This document shows positions 59,289-64,000 of a stretch of 64,000 nucleotides of DNA, piece after piece. A program made the translations under genes and the position numbers. The notes under the pieces were generated by a model. The model made no database searches and had not been told where the DNA came from. It saw only the letters and a program-made list of their open reading frames with translations. This DNA is from Puccinia triticina (lineage: Eukaryota): positions 1,116,001 to 1,180,000 of the forward strand of contig CP110439.1 of NCBI GenBank assembly GCA_026914245.1, written 5' to 3'. Numbering within the stretch: the first letter of the stretch is position 1; every line of letters begins with the position of its first letter.

Positions 59289-61874
59289 TTACAACATTAC
59301 CACCCCTATGCCACTGCCAACTCCCGGTGCCTCAATCGATTGTTTTCCCAAAGTGGTTGCCTGTGAGGCGGCCTCTTCAGAGCCAGGTTCCCCAGGGACC
59401 CCACCACGAATTTGATGAACTACAAATCAGAATAATTGGAAAGGTCAGAAGTTGTAGTGTTTATAAGAAAGGCTTTCATTATCTGTTACACACCTTTCCA
59501 GTTATAGAGATAATAATGCAGGTATCCATCGCCGGCGCCGAACTGTAGCTCCTTGACAAACAATGAGTTGTCCATCAACGTCAATGCGTTAAACACATCA
59601 AAGTTGGCCTTTTAGAAACAATAAAAAGATTTTTATAAGTCGATCATACGCCGAGAGATTATTTATCAGTCGCGCTGAGAGGCGAGGGTACTTGCCTGTT
59701 GAGCCATTGTCAGAGCATCCCCTATCAAACTGATCAAGCGCTTCTTCAACATTTGACGTGCCTCGGGAGTCTCTCCTGACCAGTTAGGCAGTTCACTGAG
59801 TTCGGCCAGGGCCATTTGGCTAGGTTCTTCTTGGGGCTCAGTTGGCTGACCTAGATGGGCACAGGATGAGGCTGCAGTGGTAGCGTAGTAGAAGAGGTAC
59901 GCCGCATCGATGGTTTGGTGAGGAGTACATTTCATAGCCGTCGATGGCAAATGATAAAACGAGACCATATCGGTAATTAAGTGAGTTGTCGGATTCTTAA
60001 TTCACCAATAAGTCGAGTCAGCGATTCTAATGCCAATACAGATGAAGAAATTGTTTACCTCAACCACAAAAGTCCATGTGACTTGTTGATTTCTTCTCCC
60101 ATTTACCACCGGCCCAGTGCCCTTGCCACTGATAAAGTTATGGCGAACTTCATCATCAGACATAACTGGAATCAAGTCGAAACGGCTCATGTATCGCCTG
60201 AGCAAGACGGCGACAGCATCGACATCTTTTTCTTCAATTTCGCGAAAGCCGGGTATTTGAGGTTGAGTGGGGCAGTCATACATTCGCTTAAGTCGGGCAA
60301 CAGATACTCCTCTTGGTTGTGGGGAAAAGCCAGTCGCTATGAGTTTGGCCGGGTTTAGATTCCGGTGATAATATCTAATCCATTAAGGAGGCGGAGGCAT
60401 CAGATTGTCGTGACTGCTGTTCGTTTTTGTTAGAATACACATACTGGCAACGGGAGATGGGTGTAGGAAGAAAAATTCCGGCGGTGTAAATAGCTTGGAA
60501 TACGCCTTGCATGTTGCATCTTCGAGTGATTTCTTTGATGAGGACCGGTGCTAAACGTTTCGATCGCAGCTTCTTGTGAATACAGAGGAAATTGATTTCG
60601 GAACAGGCTTTGCGACTATGGAGACGTAAGTAATAATGAAGTTTCTCATCAGAGTGCGGATTGAGAGACTGCAGAAGGGGAAACGGTATTTACGCAGATC
60701 GGACTTGTAGATTCATAGGAATCCCAGCAATAAAAGCTATTAATCTCCGCTTTCCAGAAGCCACTCGAACTCCGGCATGCCAATCTTGCACAAAGCCGGG
60801 AGGTCTCAGAGCCCTATCGATGATGATGGTGATAGTTAATTTGCATTAAGCAATCTGTAGAGTACGGAATATTGAAGACTTACCACTCAATAAAAGGCGC
60901 AGTATAATCAAATCTGAACATGGCATCGTCATCTTCGACGTAGTTTACAGTCAACAGCTCATACAGCTCTCGTAGCTAAGACCAAGATGTGATTCAATTA
61001 GCGGGGCGATAGGAACTGGTGCGTGAATTTGCCAAAGACCTACTTGCGTCTCATCGCCTAAGTCAAGAGTACACCACTCGTATCCATCAGGGAGGGCCAG
61101 AGGGTTCTTTCGGATTTCTTCCTCTGATTTGCTAGGTTCGATTTCACCTTCCTCAAAATTCGAATCCTCTGGGTAAATTTGACATACGGAGATTAGTTCA
61201 GATTAGCTTTTGTGCATATGGCAAAAGAACGCCCGTACGCTCGTCAAGACGCCTGACAGGTTGAGTTGCCCAAAACTTGTGATCGGCCATATCTTTGTTG
61301 TTTTTACGAGAACCTCCACTCTTGCCATCCATCAATTCTAGGAGTCGGATTTGATCCATCATCTTCCCCAATTCTTTTGGGCCGAGAGCACCGATGCGAT
61401 CGGCAACCTCGTCACCGTTTTGAGCCCGGATCTAGATTCAAAGGAGAACAAGAGTAATCCGTCAACATTGCTGATTTAAAAAAAATGCAGAAGCCGGGGC
61501 AGGGAACTGAAAGAGCTGACTTGTTCGATTATCATTTTGTGTGACTCAGAAGTAGAGTGATCTTCAATAAGAGATCCATCATCGGCTGGGACCTCCAACG
61601 CATTCTTAGATGATGCCTTTCCCTTTGATTTTTTCTTCTTTTTCTTAGTTGAGGGGCCCGCAGAGCCACCAGCCAGTCCAGTGTCTTGTCCGTCTTCCTG
61701 TTCCTCCTCATCCTCGGGGCTGATCGGTGGTGAATAGTTCGAGGAAGGCCCCGCCCGAGATGAAGCAGATTGAGCACTCTTTGCCTCGGTTTGGTTCGAT
61801 TCACTGTGGCCGCAGGGCCTTAAGACTTCGGAGCCATACTCGATCACACCGTGGTCCTCTGGTTCGGAAGACAT
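59289..61874 (-). CDS. NMT1: Glycylpeptide N-tetradecanoyltransferase (N-myristoyltransferase), multi-exon
   Basis: Poly-Lys N-terminus, [78 protein letters not shown], and C-terminal GIGVVML*. Confidence 0.96.
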
Positions 61875-62084
61875 ATTTATATTTGTTGTGATGTGGCCGG
61901 TTGTGAGGAAATCCGTTCGAAGCTGTCGACAGGTTATGTTGACCGTTGGCCAAGAGTGAGCAACAGGTCAAAGGCCTGATTTGATATAAGCATCTTCTCA
62001 AATCTCATACAAGCATCCTCTCACAGATCGACACCGCAGTTCTTGTGGTAACTCGAGCCTGGCTGGCAGCTGCGGATGTGTCGA

Positions 62085-62850
62085 GCTTAAGCCTCTCCGA
62101 GGAGGCGCGAAGCGTCTCCGAAGGAGAGGCTTAGGACTAATGTCCCAATCTTCGCCTGAGGCTGAGAGATATTTACACGGAAAATCATGATTTCTGTGTT
62201 TACATCTCTTTTACTCATTTCTCTCAGCACAAAATTCAAAGCCTCCTATACCATGTTGTCCCTGCTTCTCAGCTTTTTTGTACATATTTTTTCAATTAAA
62301 TTTGTCCCAAACTCGCCGCTCAGCGGCCATTCCTGTGAGGGGTTGTCTTGAGCTATGCAATGAAGCCATTGGATCATCCAAAGGTCAAGGTCGGACACAC
62401 TCTCACGGGTTTTTTCAGTATTGACTTAAGAATGACAGGTCTCTCATCAATACAAAATTTAGGTGGCTTGCGGCAGTTATACACATAAAAGGGTATTGAC
62501 GTCTGATGTCTAACCTTATCTTCATGTGTTTAGGCCGGATGGGTGATCCGGTCTACATCAGGCCGGATAGGCTCTCAGGTGGAATTTTTACATTAATTTT
62601 TTTATTAGGGGAAGGCGGTAGGTGTTGTTTTGGACCGCTGAGATTATGTAGAAATGAAAGAGGATTCCAATGGTACCAGAGGCTGTGAATAAATCAGAGG
62701 GGTATATGGTGATATTTGGGTTAGAAGGCATTTTTCAACATTTGGCTGGGCAGCCTCAAGCCAAATGTCGGACATTAGGCACAAGTCCCTCCCGCAAGCG
62801 GGAGGGTGCTCGCGCCCCGCGAGCACAGGGAGGGACTTGTGTTAAGTTCG
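62085..62850. mobile_element. Hairpin-bounded non-autonomous repeat upstream of NMT1
   Basis: Inverted homologue of 26520-27390 without the tRNA-like insert. Confidence 0.65.
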
Positions 62851-63221
62851 CAGATTTGTCAACTTCGAACTTGAATTCAAGTTTCGACACGACCCTCTCC
62901 GAGCGAACTTAGCTAAGTCCCTCGATCGGAGGTGCGCGAGCGCTGTTGCAAAGCAACCCTCCAAAGGAGGGACTTTATGCCCTACCTTGCAAAACAGTAG
63001 GCAGCAGAAATCTCATTTGGCTGGGGAAAATTTTCAAAAAATTCAACTGTTTATATCTTGACTCAGGTAAAAGGTATTAAAAATCTGAGGAGACAGATTT
63101 GTCCGCCTACATCTGCCCTTCCACCTGCCACCTCCCTGAGGCAGTGGTGCTCTATTTCCACCTTTGAATCTGAAAAGGGAAATCAGGAATTTGTGAGCGC
63201 TCTTAAAACAGGTCCTTGGGT

Positions 63222-63616
63222 CAATGTTGTAACCGCTGTGCTGCGCTAAAAAAAGCAGTCATCCCGCTACTTCCCAGAGGCATGTAGCGGAAGCTGTTGA
63301 AAAAACTGCTGTGCTACTTGCTACGTGCAGCGGTTGACCGCTACCCACCCGGGGCAATTAGCAATAGCGCAGCAGAAGCAGAAATCCGCTGCGCTCCGCT
63401 ATCTGCTACATTATCTAATTTCATGTCAAACCTCTTTTAACATGATTTAAACCATTTTCTTTCATTTTTTTCGAACTGCTGCGCTACCGCTGAAGCGCAG
63501 CGGTTCAGCGCTACATGACTGCTTTTTTTAACGCGCTAAAATCCTTCAATTTTTCCAGGGAAAACAAATAGCGGTTAGCGCAGCGGCACAAAAAACCGCT
63601 GGCTGTTACAACGTTG
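63222..63616. mobile_element. MITE (hAT/P-like)
   Basis: TIR CAA(T/C)GTTGTAAC. Flanking direct repeat CTTGGGT. CGCTAC/GTAGCG subterminal repeats. Confidence 0.8.
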
Positions 63617-64000
63617 CTTGGGTAAATCCATACTTTGACACATTCCAAAGATGGACTTATGTACAACATCCCTTGAGTCTGACAGACCAATACAAATGTG
63701 CAACCCAATGCGTGTGATTATCAAGAAGGTGGTGTTCAGCTGTCAGGTTTCAGAAAAACATGCACTAAAACATCTGCTAGCACTTGCAAGAAGGCAGTTA
63801 GATGTCTTGTGTTGGATAATTATTTAAAAATCAGGTTTGGGTGTTGAAAATGTAAAAATAATGTGAGCAGAGAGCCATGCTTCTTGCACATCTTTTGATG
63901 TAGCTCACTTGGCCTCAAGTACATTTGTGTAGCTGCTACAGAACAAAACATAACAAAACTTCCAAAACACCCTTCTGCTGCCTACTGTTTTGCAAGGTAG

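Overview
Transposon-dense eukaryotic DNA, most likely from a rust fungus (Pucciniales; inferred from short GT-AG introns, basidiomycete-type TEs and CpG decay). Only two host genes are evident, CTF8 (17275-17853, -) and NMT1 (59289-61874, -). The rest is nested mobile DNA: a Gypsy element (2985-14695) and a partial sister copy (about 30110-34055), both carrying an antisense Zn2Cys6 gene; two gag-only LTR elements; a Tf1-like chromovirus; a CpG-depleted gag-only Gypsy; several solo LTRs; a Tad1-like LINE; a tyrosine-recombinase retroelement remnant; hAT and Harbinger fragments; and a CACTA-like transposon with a transposase-OTU fusion nested inside other DNA elements. The most striking feature is LTR architecture. 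A solo LTR (20496-21381) contains an exon/intron series followed, just after AATAAA, by a precisely spliced copy of the same exons. Three other LTR families show a simpler exon-GT-intron-exon-copy layout. This suggests an R region regenerated from spliced RNA, with splicing removing the poly(A) signal in the 5' LTR. Coordinates were read by eye and may be off by a few bases.
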